Below are positions 63,801 to 64,000 of a stretch of DNA of 64,000 nucleotides, one piece after another (positions within the stretch are counted from its first letter, which is position 1; the number at the start of each line of letters is the position of its first letter). The notes under the pieces were generated by a model. That model made no database searches. It saw only the letters and a program-made list of their open reading frames with translations, and was not told the origin of the DNA. The position numbers and the translations under genes are program-made. This stretch comes from Camelus ferus (taxonomy: Eukaryota). The stretch spans positions 67,024,001 through 67,088,000 of the forward strand of contig NC_045696.1 in NCBI RefSeq assembly GCF_009834535.1. The letters are read 5' to 3'.

Positions 63801-64000
63801 CTGAACTGCCTTTGAGGACAGAAAACGTACTATCTTCACACACACCGGGAAGTCCTATTTCCAAGATATATTAAATGTTTTTAAATTAATGAAAATTAAA
63901 ACCTGTATTTTGGTGACATTATCACACTCACTAACTGTGTGAACAAAGTCCACGATCCTCTCTGATCCCAGATTCTTAATGTGAAGAATGAGAATAATGA

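Noticed and set aside
1..64000. The many 60-160 aa ORFs in the supplied track as protein-coding genes
   Set aside because: Apart from the L1 ORF2 pieces none has recognisable homology; many start at non-ATG codons, overlap repeats or are low complexity, as expected by chance in mammalian non-coding DNA.

Overview
AT-rich mammalian (eutherian) intronic or intergenic DNA, most likely from a camelid (alpaca, llama or camel). The lineage call rests on a tRNA-derived Vic-1-type SINE with the CCTAATTAC(C/T)TCCCCC tail and on the L1 3' UTR types. Much of the window is recognisable transposon debris: young and old L1, L2, MIR, ERVL/MaLR and ERV1 LTRs, an ERVL pol fragment, MER5 and MARNA. I recognise no host protein-coding gene, RNA gene or CRISPR array, and the only ORFs with clear homology are broken L1 ORF2 pieces. 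The best-supported structure is a young 2.6-kb L1 with a twin-priming 5' inversion and a perfect 12-bp target-site duplication (TSD), inserted into the RNase H region of an ancient ERVL. The most interesting unexplained signals are (i) + strand candidate exons (9554-9640, 24358-24417, 24890-24968, 25918-25946) that would splice in frame into a 61-aa micro-ORF just downstream of a CpG-retaining LTR, and (ii) a ~70-nt pre-miRNA-like hairpin at 33843-33911. Both are hypotheses; I cannot support a claim of a new biological system from sequence alone. Repeat family names are from recall of consensus sequences, and boundaries of old repeats are approximate.
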